DNA of 64,000 nt from NCBI GenBank assembly GCA_022842645.1, contig JALHPE010000002.1, forward strand, positions 65,569 through 129,568. The letters are read 5' to 3'. Source of the DNA: Minisyncoccota bacterium (lineage in GTDB: Bacteria > Patescibacteriota > Minisyncoccia > Phycocordibacterales > UBA2100). The notes beneath the pieces are model-generated. The model did not search any database. It worked only from the letters and a program-made list of their open reading frames with translations, and was not told the origin of the DNA. Position 1 is the first letter of the stretch, and every line of letters begins with the position of its first letter. The translations under genes were made by a program, and so were the position numbers. This document shows positions 17,849 through 27,376 of this stretch, piece after piece.

Positions 17849-19843
17849 ATGAAAACACTTGCCGACATTCGATCTGCTTTCTTTGGCTTTTACCGTGAAC
17901 GGGGGCACACCATTATCCCCTCTGCCTCCCTTGTTCCTCAAAATGACCCAACAACCCTTTTTACGGGAAGCGGGATGCAGCCACTCGTCCCGTATCTTCT
18001 TGGCAAAGATCACCCTGAAGGAAAGCGACTTGCGAACTCGCAACGTTCTTTCCGTGCAGAAGACGTGGAGGAGGTGGGGGACAACCGCCACACCACCTTT
18101 TTCGAGATGCTCGGGAATTGGTCGCTCGGAGATTACTTCAAAAAAGAACAGCTTCCATTTATTTTTTCTTTTCTTGTCGATGAGGTGGGGCTAAAGTCAG
18201 AGAAGCTGTACGTAACGGTCTTTGCAGGAGACGAAGCAAACAATCTTCCTAAAGACACTGAGTCCGCAGAGATTTGGAAACATCTTTTTGCAGAAAAAGG
18301 CATTGATGCAGTAGAGATTGAGATGGGCTCTGAAGCTGATGGGGCGCGCCTCGGCATGCGTGGTGGGCGTATTTTTTACTACGATGCGAAGAAAAACTGG
18401 TGGAGCAGGGCTGGGGTACCTGCGAATATGCCAGGAGGCGAACCGGGAGGCCCCGATTCCGAAGTGTTTTACGACTTTGGTACGGAGCACGATCCAAAAT
18501 TCGGTGAAAACTGTCATCCCAACTGCGATTGTGGCCGATTCATGGAAATTGGAAACTCGGTTTTTATGCAATATCAAAAGACGGCTGGTGGATTTGCCTT
18601 TCTCCCGAAAAAGAACGTGGATTTCGGTGGCGGGCTCGAGCGCATCGCTGCAGCAGCGAATAATAATCCTGACGTGTTCGCAACTGACGTGTTTGCGGAT
18701 GCCATTGCGCTTCTTGAAAAATTTTCTGGGAAACAATACGCCGACAGCCGCTACCAAAAATCATTTCGCGTGATTGCGGATCATGTGCGCGCAGCACTCT
18801 TCATGATCGCAGATGGTGTTCGCCCCTCAAACACCGAGCAGGGCTACGTCCTGCGCCGCCTCCTTCGCCGCGCTTCGCAGCATGTCATGAAGCTCGGGCT
18901 CGAGGATAAAGATAAAGAAGACAGCATGCTCGTCCGTTCCGCAATTATTTTCATGGAGAAATATGCGAGTGCGTATCCGGAACTCGCCACCGAAGAAATG
19001 TATCAGACGGTGACAGATACGATCTGGGAGGAAGAAAAGCAATTCGCACGAATTCTGACAGACGGAATAAAGATTCTAGATAAAGCCATGGCGGATAGTG
19101 GACGTTCTCCAATAACTGTACGCGACGTCGCTCACAACTCTGACAGGATAATTGCAGATCCGATCATATCTGCGGGATTTGCATTTGAGTTGGTAACAAC
19201 AAGGGGCTTGCCGAGAGAGTTAGTAGAGGAGTATGCGAAAGAAAAAGGATATATAATAAATTACGGCGCAGAAGAGTTGGATCAATTACTGGAGCAACAT
19301 AAGAACCTCTCTCGCTCTGGCGCAGAACAAAAATTTAAGGGCGGACTTGCTGACACTTCGGAAGCAACGACGCGCCTCCACACAGCGCACCACCTTCTCC
19401 TCAAAGGGCTTCAGATAGTGCTTGGCGACCATGTAAAGCAACGCGGTTCCAACATTACGAGCGAACGTCTTCGTATCGACTTCTCTCACCCTGAAAAAAT
19501 GACTGATGAACAGAAGAAGGAGGTTGAACGTATTGTGAATGAACGTATCAAAGAACATCTTCCGATGATTCGCTCCACAATGCCGAAAGAAGAAGCAGAA
19601 AAACTTAATGCACAGCATGAATTTGGTGCGAAGTATCCTGATGTGGTCTCTGTTTACTCCCTCGGCCCCGTTGGTGCGACCGAAGAGAATCCGCAGTTTG
19701 ATCGCGCATTTTCGATAGAATTCTGTGGCGGACCACACGTGAGCAATACCGAAGAAATAGAGAAGGGGGGCACCTTTAAAATTCAGAAAGAAGAAGCGGT
19801 TGCTGCCGGCGTTCGTCGTATAAAGGGAATACTCGCTCACTAA
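17849..19843 (+). CDS. alaS: Alanine--tRNA ligase (short form ending at editing domain, no C-Ala)
   Basis: HTTFFEMLGNWS.GDYFK, GLERI, IADHVR, GYVLRRLLRR, HTAHH, EFCGGPH, GVRRI. Confidence 0.97.
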   Translation: MKTLADIRSAFFGFYRERGHTIIPSASLVPQNDPTTLFTGSGMQPLVPYLLGKDHPEGKRLANSQRSFRAEDVEEVGDNRHTTFFEMLGNWSLGDYFKKEQLPFIFSFLVDEVGLKSEKLYVTVFAGDEANNLPKDTESAEIWKHLFAEKGIDAVEIEMGSEADGARLGMRGGRIFYYDAKKNWWSRAGVPANMPGGEPGGPDSEVFYDFGTEHDPKFGENCHPNCDCGRFMEIGNSVFMQYQKTAGGFAFLPKKNVDFGGGLERIAAAANNNPDVFATDVFADAIALLEKFSGKQYADSRYQKSFRVIADHVRAALFMIADGVRPSNTEQGYVLRRLLRRASQHVMKLGLEDKDKEDSMLVRSAIIFMEKYASAYPELATEEMYQTVTDTIWEEEKQFARILTDGIKILDKAMADSGRSPITVRDVAHNSDRIIADPIISAGFAFELVTTRGLPRELVEEYAKEKGYIINYGAEELDQLLEQHKNLSRSGAEQKFKGGLADTSEATTRLHTAHHLLLKGLQIVLGDHVKQRGSNITSERLRIDFSHPEKMTDEQKKEVERIVNERIKEHLPMIRSTMPKEEAEKLNAQHEFGAKYPDVVSVYSLGPVGATEENPQFDRAFSIEFCGGPHVSNTEEIEKGGTFKIQKEEAVAAGVRRIKGILAH

Positions 19844-19876
19844 ACACTCGAGTAATCAGAAGATTTCAAAAGTTTT

Positions 19877-19908
19877 CCCTAGTGGCTAATCCCTAGTGGC
19901 TATATACT
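19877..19908 (+). repeat. 7/14-nt periodic repeat ending in -10 box
   Basis: ccctagt ggctaat ccctagt ggctata TACT; 13-mer CCCTAGTGGCTAA recurs at 56317. Confidence 0.65.
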
Positions 19909-19915
19909 ATTCCTA

Positions 19916-21016
19916 ATGTTCCGCCGCGAGGGAAAGGTGGTGTGTATTGTGAGCGTCGCAAGCGACGGCGTCAGCCTTGCGTTTGCGCATGTAGGAAAAG
20001 GGAAGCCTCACATCGCGTTTGCTAAGCGTGCACTCCTCTCGCTTGAGGAGCGAACCGACGAACAAACGCGTATAGCCGTTGTGCAGCTTCTCGAAACGCT
20101 CCTCAAAGAAGTGGCGAGCCGTTTTGTGCCGGAGAGTATACACGTTGTCGTACATGCTCCCTGGAGTCGCTTCCGTACTGTTTCGGGGAGTGTGGTATTT
20201 GAAAACGAACGATTCATTACCAAGGCACTGATCGACGAAACTGCGCGGCACGTGCTCGAAAGTATTGAAGAGAAAAATGTGGAGGCGGGCGTGGTCCGTG
20301 TCTTTTTAAACGGTTATCCCACGGCGCGACCGGTTGGAAAGCGTGCTCATGAACTTGAAACCGTTGTATTTGGCGGCACGGTCGAGCAGGGGGTGCAAGC
20401 TTCTATTGAACACACCATAGGCACCTATTTTCCTGGAAGAAAACCTGTGTTTCGTACTGGCGCGAGAGTGCTTCTCGCTGTTGTGAATGAATACATTCCC
20501 AATGTGCATCGCTTTGTTATTCTATCCATCCGCGGGGCAACCGAGTGCATGGTCGTTCGTCATGAACTAGAAACGCAGTATGGAACTGTGGCTGAGGGTT
20601 TGGCGACGATACTAAAACGCATTGCACCACAAGGGCTCCCTGAAGAAACACTTTCCCTTGTTAAAATGGCAGAATCTGATTCCTGCTCAACAGATGCGTG
20701 TACTGCAATAAAAGAGGCGGTTGCGCGCGCCGAACCCGAGCTTGTTCGTTCCTTTGGGGACATGTTTGCTGCGCTCGCAAATGTGCGACGCGTCCCAAAC
20801 GATATGATCTTTTTTGCCCCCACAGAACTCACGCCCTGGCTCTCGCACTTTTTCACCCGCATCGATTTTTCTCAATTTACCGCAACTACCCAACCCTTCT
20901 CGGTTTCTGTGATAGGGGCGCAAGATTTAGAGAAACTCGTTTCGTTTGAAGCGGGTGTACCATCCGATGCCACCCTCGCCATTGCAACCGCAGCTGTGCA
21001 TATGTTTGAGGCGTAG
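19916..21016 (+). CDS. Hypothetical protein, possibly degenerate FtsA/actin-like fold
   Basis: 366-aa ORF; beta-strand-rich start, FLNGYPT..P.GK segment, adjacent to baseplate-J-like gene; canonical ATP motifs eroded. Confidence 0.55.
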   Translation: MFRREGKVVCIVSVASDGVSLAFAHVGKGKPHIAFAKRALLSLEERTDEQTRIAVVQLLETLLKEVASRFVPESIHVVVHAPWSRFRTVSGSVVFENERFITKALIDETARHVLESIEEKNVEAGVVRVFLNGYPTARPVGKRAHELETVVFGGTVEQGVQASIEHTIGTYFPGRKPVFRTGARVLLAVVNEYIPNVHRFVILSIRGATECMVVRHELETQYGTVAEGLATILKRIAPQGLPEETLSLVKMAESDSCSTDACTAIKEAVARAEPELVRSFGDMFAALANVRRVPNDMIFFAPTELTPWLSHFFTRIDFSQFTATTQPFSVSVIGAQDLEKLVSFEAGVPSDATLAIATAAVHMFEA

Positions 21017-21046
21017 AAGGAATCGTGGTGTACACTGGAGATTCGT

Positions 21047-22345
21047 ATGAAGACTTACATGCACGACATTGATCCTCGTGGCCAGGGAGAGCCAAGAATA
21101 CCGCCCGAACGCTCAATTAGGAACATCGAACCATCGGACGCTCGCGTTCGTATGAGTCGCCCGGCTCCTGCACGCCCTCCAGTCCAGCATGAAGAGCCGC
21201 GTCGGAAGCGGCGAAGTGGTATTTGGGTCGCGGCTTTGGTTTCTATCTTGATCCTTGGCGGTGTCGTGGGGGTCCTTTTCCTGCCAGAAACGACTGTAAC
21301 CGTTGTTCCTCGTACGCAAACAGTTCCTTTTGACGCTTCAACACCGTTCACAGCATTTCCTGCCGGTTCAGCGACAGGCACTATTGTGTACAGTGTCATT
21401 GAACAAACGTTTGAAGACTTCGCAGTCGTTCCTGCAACCGGGGTCGAGTTTGTTGAAGAGCAGGCAAAGGGAACGGTCACCGTGTTTAACGCCCATTCGG
21501 ATGCGCCAGTGCGTCTCATAAAAAACACCCGTTTTGAAACACCCGACGGTAAAATATTCCGCATCTCGAATTCGATCGAAGTTCCCGGCAAGAAGGGAAC
21601 AGTGCCTGGAACTATTGATGTCGTTGTGTCTGCCGATCAGGTTGGTGCTTCCTATAACGTGGGACCATTTGAAAAACTGACACTCCCCGGACTTCGTGGT
21701 ACGGCGGATATGTACGCTAATGTGTACGCTCGTTCAAATGCTCCCTTTGCGGGAGGATTCTCTGGAGAGCGTCCCGCAGTACCACAATCAACACTTGAAA
21801 GTGCGCGTGCCGACATTCGCAATCGTCTCAGCGAAAAAGTGATGACAATAGAAGCGCCTGAGGGGTCCCTCATGTTTTCTGGTTTAGCGAATATTTCGTT
21901 TGAGGAGACTCCTCCCGTACAAGAGTCAGGTGGTGTGCGGATCGGTGAGCGCGCCCGAGTACGCGTGCCGGTCTTCGAAGAGGGGGTATTTGCACAAGCG
22001 GTGGGCGAGGCGGTAAGTGCAAGCGCCGAAGGTAACTCAATTGCGATTACCTTCTCCGAATCCGCAAGTGCTGCTCTCACACAGCAGCTCTCGGCTGATG
22101 CGTATGGCAAGGAACCGATCTCTTTTTCGCTTTCAGGTATGGCACAACTAGTTTGGCAGGTGGATACACAAGGTCTTGCAGATGCGCTTGCAGGCAAGAA
22201 CGAATCAGCCTTTCAGGCGATTGTGGGGGCTTTCCCAGCTGTTGAAGAAGCAAGAGCGCGCCTTGTGCCATTCTGGAAAAAGAGCTTCCCGACCGACCCC
22301 GCAAAAATCATGGTTGTGGTGGAAACTCCTCCGAAGCCCTTCTAG
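21047..22345 (+). CDS. Membrane-anchored baseplate J/gp47-like domain protein
   Basis: Disordered N-terminus, RRKRR plus TM, AKGTVTVFN..L.KNTRF.TPDGKIFR...V.AD..G.SYN, GG. Confidence 0.7.
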   Translation: MKTYMHDIDPRGQGEPRIPPERSIRNIEPSDARVRMSRPAPARPPVQHEEPRRKRRSGIWVAALVSILILGGVVGVLFLPETTVTVVPRTQTVPFDASTPFTAFPAGSATGTIVYSVIEQTFEDFAVVPATGVEFVEEQAKGTVTVFNAHSDAPVRLIKNTRFETPDGKIFRISNSIEVPGKKGTVPGTIDVVVSADQVGASYNVGPFEKLTLPGLRGTADMYANVYARSNAPFAGGFSGERPAVPQSTLESARADIRNRLSEKVMTIEAPEGSLMFSGLANISFEETPPVQESGGVRIGERARVRVPVFEEGVFAQAVGEAVSASAEGNSIAITFSESASAALTQQLSADAYGKEPISFSLSGMAQLVWQVDTQGLADALAGKNESAFQAIVGAFPAVEEARARLVPFWKKSFPTDPAKIMVVVETPPKPF

Positions 22346-22391
22346 TGATTTGACGCCTATACTAAGACCTGATACGATACGTCGCGCAGAT

Positions 22392-22598
22392 ATGGGGGAA
22401 CCGGAAATTGTCGAAGGAGTCGTCGAAGAGGCGCTTCCCAATACGCTCTTCCGCGTTAAGCTCCCGTCGGGCGATACTAAGCTCGCGTATCTTGCAGGCA
22501 AGATGCGCTTGCACCGTATCAAGGTGTTAGTCGGAGATAAAGTTTCTCTCCAGCTTGATCCCTACGGCGGGCGGGCTCGCATCACGCGACGCTTCTAG
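22392..22598 (+). CDS. infA: Translation initiation factor IF-1
   Basis: EGVVEEALPNTLFRV, AGKMR, GDKV, RITRR. Confidence 0.96.
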   Translation: MGEPEIVEGVVEEALPNTLFRVKLPSGDTKLAYLAGKMRLHRIKVLVGDKVSLQLDPYGGRARITRRF

Positions 22599-22609
22599 TC
22601 TGAAAAATC

Positions 22610-22723
22610 ATGAAAGTTAAAGCATCTGTTAAAAAGATCTGTTTGAAGTGTAAGCACGTACGCCGACGCGGCGCCTTGTGGGTTATCTGCGAGAATCCGC
22701 GCCATAAACAACGCCAAGGATAA
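22610..22723 (+). CDS. rpmJ: 50S ribosomal protein L36
   Basis: Translated by hand: [37 protein letters not shown]. Confidence 0.96.
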   Translation: MKVKASVKKICLKCKHVRRRGALWVICENPRHKQRQG

Positions 22724-22728
22724 TTTCT

Positions 22729-23112
22729 ATGCTTCGTATCGCTGGTATCACTATTCCTGATAAGAAACGCCTTGAGGTCGCTTTGACTGCTATTTATGGC
22801 GTTGGTCGTCCGCGTGCAAAGGCGACACTCTCAAAACTCGGCATTGATCACGGGGCGACTGCTGATGCACTTTCTGCAAAAGAAGAAGCGGCACTTCGTG
22901 AAGCTCTCGAAGCATTTACTGTCGAGGGCGAGCTTCGCCGGACCATTTCAGGGAATATTCGTCGCCTCAAAGACATCAAATCACACCGTGGCGTGCGTCA
23001 TATGAAAAAGCTTCCCGTGCGTGGCCAAACATCCAAGACCAACTCTCGAACTGTCCGCGGTAACGTCCGCAAAACAATGACATCCGGCCGTCGTAAGCTG
23101 GAGAAAACATAA
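22729..23112 (+). CDS. rpsM: 30S ribosomal protein S13
   Basis: RIAGITIP, LTAIYGVG, LPVRGQ. Confidence 0.97.
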   Translation: MLRIAGITIPDKKRLEVALTAIYGVGRPRAKATLSKLGIDHGATADALSAKEEAALREALEAFTVEGELRRTISGNIRRLKDIKSHRGVRHMKKLPVRGQTSKTNSRTVRGNVRKTMTSGRRKLEKT

Positions 23113-23118
23113 AATACT

Positions 23119-23553
23119 ATGGGAAAGAAACGAATAATTCGAAAATCAGGCGGTAGTGTCGATCAGGGACTCAAGTCTCGATCCCTTGCGCGCACCAGCA
23201 AGCGCGCACTTGCTTCTGGAACGCTCCACATTCACGCTACCTACAACAACACTCAGGTGCTTCTCACTGACAAAGAAGGAAATGCTGCGGCGTGGTCATC
23301 GTCGGGGGCACTTGGTTTTAGTGGCGCAAAAAAGGGTACGCCTTTTGCTGCCGCTAAAGTTGGTGAGCTCGTAGGAGACAAGGCTATTCTTATGGGTGTT
23401 AAGGAGGTGGACGTCGTTATTCGCGGCGTTGGTGCCGGCCGCGAATCTGCACTGCGCGGCTTCGTTGGAAAAGGTATTGAGGTTACTCGTATCGCAGACG
23501 ACACTCCTGTCCCTCACAACGGTCCCCGCCCTCGTAAAGCCCGTCGCATCTAA
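23119..23553 (+). CDS. rpsK: 30S ribosomal protein S11
   Basis: ATYNNT, KKGTPFAA, GAGRESA, TPVPHNG. Confidence 0.97.
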   Translation: MGKKRIIRKSGGSVDQGLKSRSLARTSKRALASGTLHIHATYNNTQVLLTDKEGNAAAWSSSGALGFSGAKKGTPFAAAKVGELVGDKAILMGVKEVDVVIRGVGAGRESALRGFVGKGIEVTRIADDTPVPHNGPRPRKARRI

Positions 23554-23569
23554 GCATCTAATTTTTTCT

Positions 23570-24178
23570 ATGTTGCAAATCAAATCAAAATATAAAATCG
23601 CAAAGCGCCTTGGTGCTGCTATTTTTGAAAAGACCCAGTCACAAAAATTTGCACTCTCTGAAGCACGTGCTGGTATGAAGAAGCGCGGCAGAGGCGGTTC
23701 TCGCTCGGACTACGGTCGCCAGCTTCTTGAAAAGCAGAAGGTGCGCTTTACGTATGGTCTAGGGGAACGCCAGCTTTCAAATTACGCGGCTGACGCATTC
23801 GAAACGGCACAGCCGCCAGAAAGCCTCCACAAAGCACTCGAGATGCGACTCGACAACGTTGCGTACCGCGCTGGGTTTGCAAAGACTCGTCGTGCCGCAC
23901 GTCAAATGGTTTCGCACGGCCACCTTGTGGTGAACGGCACGCGCGTAACAGTTCCATCCTATGTAGTGAAAAAGGGTGACACCATCACTGTACGCGAGGG
24001 CTCTCGCACAAGCGCGCTCTTCGGACACATGGGCGAACCAGACGGCACGGTCCCGGTTGCAAAATGGATTGCTGTTGATTTTCCAATGATGATTGCCAAA
24101 GTAGAGGGGGAGCCAACCTACACGGCGTCAGAAATCCCCCTTGATTATCCTGCCGTATTTGAGTTTTATAGCAGATAG
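23570..24178 (+). CDS. rpsD: 30S ribosomal protein S4
   Basis: SDYGRQLLEKQK, RLDNVAYR, ARQMVSHGH, EFYSR. Confidence 0.97.
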   Translation: MLQIKSKYKIAKRLGAAIFEKTQSQKFALSEARAGMKKRGRGGSRSDYGRQLLEKQKVRFTYGLGERQLSNYAADAFETAQPPESLHKALEMRLDNVAYRAGFAKTRRAARQMVSHGHLVVNGTRVTVPSYVVKKGDTITVREGSRTSALFGHMGEPDGTVPVAKWIAVDFPMMIAKVEGEPTYTASEIPLDYPAVFEFYSR

Positions 24179-24222
24179 TGGTATATTATTTCTAAGCGCA
24201 TTACCAGGTCGCCCTTATTTTT

Positions 24223-25185
24223 ATGCTTGATTATCACATCGCCCTTCCTAGCAAGCCTCGTGTTGTTTCCGAAGAAGATCGTAGCGGTACCTATGAGATC
24301 GATGGTCTCTATCCAGGCTACGGTTACACTCTTGGTAACTCGCTTCGCCGCATTATTCTGTCTTCACTTCCTGGCGCTGCAATTACGTCCGTCAAAATTC
24401 CCGGAGTAGCGCATGAATTTTCCACCATCGAAGGTGTTAAAGAAGATGTAGTGACACTCCTGCTCCAGGTGCGTCGTATGCGCCTGAAGCTTTCAACAGA
24501 TGAGCCACAAACCCTGACACTCTCGATAAAGGGTCCCGCGACGGTCACAGCCGCTGATTTTAAACTTCCTGGTCAGGTTGAAATTCTGAACCCAGAACAG
24601 CATATTGCTGAAATCACGGGGAAGACAACGCTCGAGATGGAGGTCAATGTTGAGCGAGGTCTTGGTTACGTACCTAAGGAAGTGCACCAGAAAGAGCGAG
24701 TAGACATCGGTGTCATTGCACTCGATGCAATCTTTTCCCCGATCCGCCGTGTTAATTACGAAGTTGAAAACATGCGTGTCGGTGACCGCACTGATTTCAA
24801 TCGCCTGCGCCTCGTTATTGAGACGGACGGCACCATCACACCGCGTGAGGCACTTGAGAAGTCGATCGAAACCATGATTCACCAGCTCCGCGCTGTTGTT
24901 GGCTTCAAGGAAGAGGAAATCATTGAAGAAGAATCTCCTGAGGAGGCACCCGTTCGCCGTGATGACAAGGCCGCAGACGCTGAGATTCTGAAGGTTCGTA
25001 TCTCTGAGCTCAATCTTCCACCGCGCGTTGAACAGGCACTCGATAATGCATCGATCCGCACCGTAGGAGGTCTCGTTCGTAAGCGCGAAGATGATCTTCT
25101 TGCTATTGAGGGTCTCGGCCAGAAAGGTCTCCAGGACATCAAGCGCGGACTCTCCAACATGGGTTTGACCCTTCGCTCTCAATAA
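24223..25185 (+). CDS. rpoA: RNA polymerase alpha subunit
   Basis: GYGYTLGNSLRRIILSS, HEFSTIEGVKED, DAIFSPIRRV, alphaCTD. Confidence 0.98.
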   Translation: MLDYHIALPSKPRVVSEEDRSGTYEIDGLYPGYGYTLGNSLRRIILSSLPGAAITSVKIPGVAHEFSTIEGVKEDVVTLLLQVRRMRLKLSTDEPQTLTLSIKGPATVTAADFKLPGQVEILNPEQHIAEITGKTTLEMEVNVERGLGYVPKEVHQKERVDIGVIALDAIFSPIRRVNYEVENMRVGDRTDFNRLRLVIETDGTITPREALEKSIETMIHQLRAVVGFKEEEIIEEESPEEAPVRRDDKAADAEILKVRISELNLPPRVEQALDNASIRTVGGLVRKREDDLLAIEGLGQKGLQDIKRGLSNMGLTLRSQ

Positions 25186-25200
25186 AGTACTGTGCATTTT

Positions 25201-25235
25201 CCCAGAACCTAATTCCTGACACCTACCACCTGATT
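25201..25235 (+). repeat. 7-nt periodic repeat (CCTnnnn) directly before rplQ start
   Basis: cccagaa cctaatt cctgaca cctacca cctgatt t ATG. Confidence 0.6.
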
Positions 25236-25236
25236 T

Positions 25237-25590
25237 ATGCGACACCATAAGAAACGACGAACATTCAATAGAGACAAAACGGGCCGCGAAGCCTTGATCC
25301 GCTCTCTTGCGCGTTCTTTAGTGCTCGAAGAAGGGATTACAACCACGATTGCAAAAGCAAAGGAGGTGCGTCCGTTTATTGAACGTCTTGTGACGGCAAG
25401 CAAGGCTAATACCGTTGCATCACGTCGCACGGTTTCCACCCGCCTTCGCTCCCCAGAAGCAGTGAAAAAGTTGCACGACACCTTGGCACCACGGTATGCT
25501 GCGCGTGCTGGTGGCTATACTCGCATCGTAAAGCTTGGTCGCATCGGGAAGCGTGTTGCTGAAATGGCGCGCATCGAGTTTGTCTCTTAA
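25237..25590 (+). CDS. rplQ: 50S ribosomal protein L17
   Basis: MRHHKK, ITTTIAKAKE, GGYTRIVK. Confidence 0.97.
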   Translation: MRHHKKRRTFNRDKTGREALIRSLARSLVLEEGITTTIAKAKEVRPFIERLVTASKANTVASRRTVSTRLRSPEAVKKLHDTLAPRYAARAGGYTRIVKLGRIGKRVAEMARIEFVS

Positions 25591-25595
25591 TTTCT

Positions 25596-25949
25596 ATGAC
25601 ACAGAAAAATTACTCAATCGACGCAAAAGGGATGACCATCGGTCGTGTTGCTGCTCAAGCGGCAAAAGCGCTCATGGGAAAGACCTTCCCTGATTACACG
25701 CCGCATATTCCGTCGCAGGTAAAAGTTACTATTACAAACGCTGGCAAGATTCGCACAACAGAAAAGAAGCGTCTCCAGAAGACCTACACACGCTACTCAG
25801 GGCATCCAGGAGGCCTCAAGGTAGAAACACTTGGCTCACTTGTTGGCGCAAAAGGTAATGGTGCTGCTGTTCGCAAAGCAGTTGAGCGCATGCTTCCAAG
25901 AAACACTATGAAGGTTGGTCGCCTAAAGCGTCTTTCCATAACCGAATAA
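25596..25949 (+). CDS. rplM: 50S ribosomal protein L13 (short)
   Basis: IDA.G..IGRVA, YSGHPGGLK, AVERMLP. Confidence 0.95.
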   Translation: MTQKNYSIDAKGMTIGRVAAQAAKALMGKTFPDYTPHIPSQVKVTITNAGKIRTTEKKRLQKTYTRYSGHPGGLKVETLGSLVGAKGNGAAVRKAVERMLPRNTMKVGRLKRLSITE

Positions 25950-25952
25950 TAT

Positions 25953-26345
25953 ATGGCCGAAAAGAAATACATCGAGGCAGTTGGTCGTCGTAAGACAGCA
26001 TCTGCGCGCGTTCGTATCGTGAGCGCAAAATCAACCTCAATCGTCATAAATGATCGTAACGCTTCTGATTATTTCCCGCTCGCTGTTATGCACGAGGCAA
26101 TTCACGCACCATTCAAGACGATTGGCGGTGCTTACACCGTAACCGCAATTGTAAAAGGCGGTGGTCTCAAGGCACAAGCAGAGGCTGTGCGTCATGGTAT
26201 TTCCCGCGCGCTTATTGAAGTCGACGCTGCATACCGCAAGGATCTCAAGGTAAAGGGCTACCTAAAGCGCGACCCGCGCGCAAAAGAGCGCAAGAAGTTC
26301 GGTCTCAAAGCCGCTCGCCGTGCACCACAATGGAGTAAGCGTTAG
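25953..26345 (+). CDS. rpsI: 30S ribosomal protein S9
   Basis: [33 protein letters not shown]. Confidence 0.97.
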   Translation: MAEKKYIEAVGRRKTASARVRIVSAKSTSIVINDRNASDYFPLAVMHEAIHAPFKTIGGAYTVTAIVKGGGLKAQAEAVRHGISRALIEVDAAYRKDLKVKGYLKRDPRAKERKKFGLKAARRAPQWSKR

Positions 26346-26347
26346 CA

Positions 26348-26378
26348 AAAAAAGACCCGCCAGAAAGCGGGTCTTTTT
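26348..26378. terminator. Bidirectional intrinsic terminator
   Basis: AAAAAGACCCGC-cagaaa-GCGGGTCTTTTT. Confidence 0.85.
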
Positions 26379-26381
26379 CGT

Positions 26382-26696
26382 TCAGTTCAGCTTCGATGGC
26401 GGACCTGGGTTCGTCATCAGTAGCCGTGACTGTTGGTACTGGCTAAATAATCTCATTGTTGCAACGAGATCTCGTAGTGGCTCCGTATCCGTATGCGCTG
26501 CGTAGTGCAGATCAGCGCATATGGCGTGTACATATCCGGACAAGATTTTTTGTATATTCTCACGCAGCACTTCTTGTTCCTCGGCGGACCAATGTGCGAT
26601 AGCCAATTCAGCGTCACTGGGAAGACGCCATACAATCTCTCCGACGTCATCAGTAGACTCGAGAAGAGTTACTGGAATTGAGGGTCGTTTTGGCAT
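26382..26696 (-). CDS. Orphan protein (104 aa), SD-led
   Basis: GGAGA 6 nt before ATG (MPKRPSIP...); ends at bidirectional terminator. Confidence 0.55.
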   Translation of the reverse strand: MPKRPSIPVTLLESTDDVGEIVWRLPSDAELAIAHWSAEEQEVLRENIQKILSGYVHAICADLHYAAHTDTEPLRDLVATMRLFSQYQQSRLLMTNPGPPSKLN

Positions 26697-26769
26697 TTCT
26701 AATCTCCGTATAGCCTTGTGATAAACTATCACCTGCACATCTTATTTCAAAATGCTATACTCGCCCCGT

Positions 26770-27306
26770 ATGTGTGCGTCTCCAGATGTTGAAGTCGACT
26801 TCGAACCCGAGGATGAATTCGGGGATATTGGGTCTGCAAAAGCAAAACTACAAAAACTTCGCGAAGAACTTGTTGCGGCAAGGAAAGAACGCGACGACTA
26901 CCTCGATGGCTGGCAAAGATGTAAGGCTGATACCGTGAATGCCAAAAAAGAAGCACATGAGGCACTTGTGCGGGCTCGGGCGCTCGGCACAGAATCGTTT
27001 GTTGAGGAACTCATTCCCGCACTCGATAGTTTTGACATGGCGATGCAGGGTGACGCGTGGAATAAGGTAGACGCGATCTGGAGGTCTGGTGTTGAGAGCA
27101 TCTATGCTCAACTGCTTTCAGTCCTTGAATCGCACGGCATTTCCGCTTTTGGGAAATCCGGAGAGCGGTTTGACGCACGCTTCCATGAAGCTCTCCAAGA
27201 GGTAGAAGGGGAGCCAGGCACTATTATTCGGGTTGTTCGCCGCGGGTATCGTGCGGGAGAGCGTGTGCTTCGCCCCGCGCAAGTCGTCGTTGGATCCCAA
27301 GCTTGA
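26770..27306 (+). CDS. grpE: Nucleotide exchange factor GrpE
   Basis: [26 protein letters not shown]...[10 protein letters not shown]. Confidence 0.95.
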   Translation: MCASPDVEVDFEPEDEFGDIGSAKAKLQKLREELVAARKERDDYLDGWQRCKADTVNAKKEAHEALVRARALGTESFVEELIPALDSFDMAMQGDAWNKVDAIWRSGVESIYAQLLSVLESHGISAFGKSGERFDARFHEALQEVEGEPGTIIRVVRRGYRAGERVLRPAQVVVGSQA

Positions 27307-27376
27307 CAAGCACGGTACTAGAAGGTGTATAATCACGCACGAAAAAGATTACAAGCTCATTCTTTCATGTAATCGT

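Noticed and set aside
24493-25248. 251-aa antisense ORF
   Set aside because: Shadow of rpoA
27307-27333. Possible CIRCE operator at the dnaK promoter (AGCAC...GTG)
   Set aside because: Only a partial half-site match to TTAGCACTC-N9-GAGTGCTAA, and no hrcA in the window
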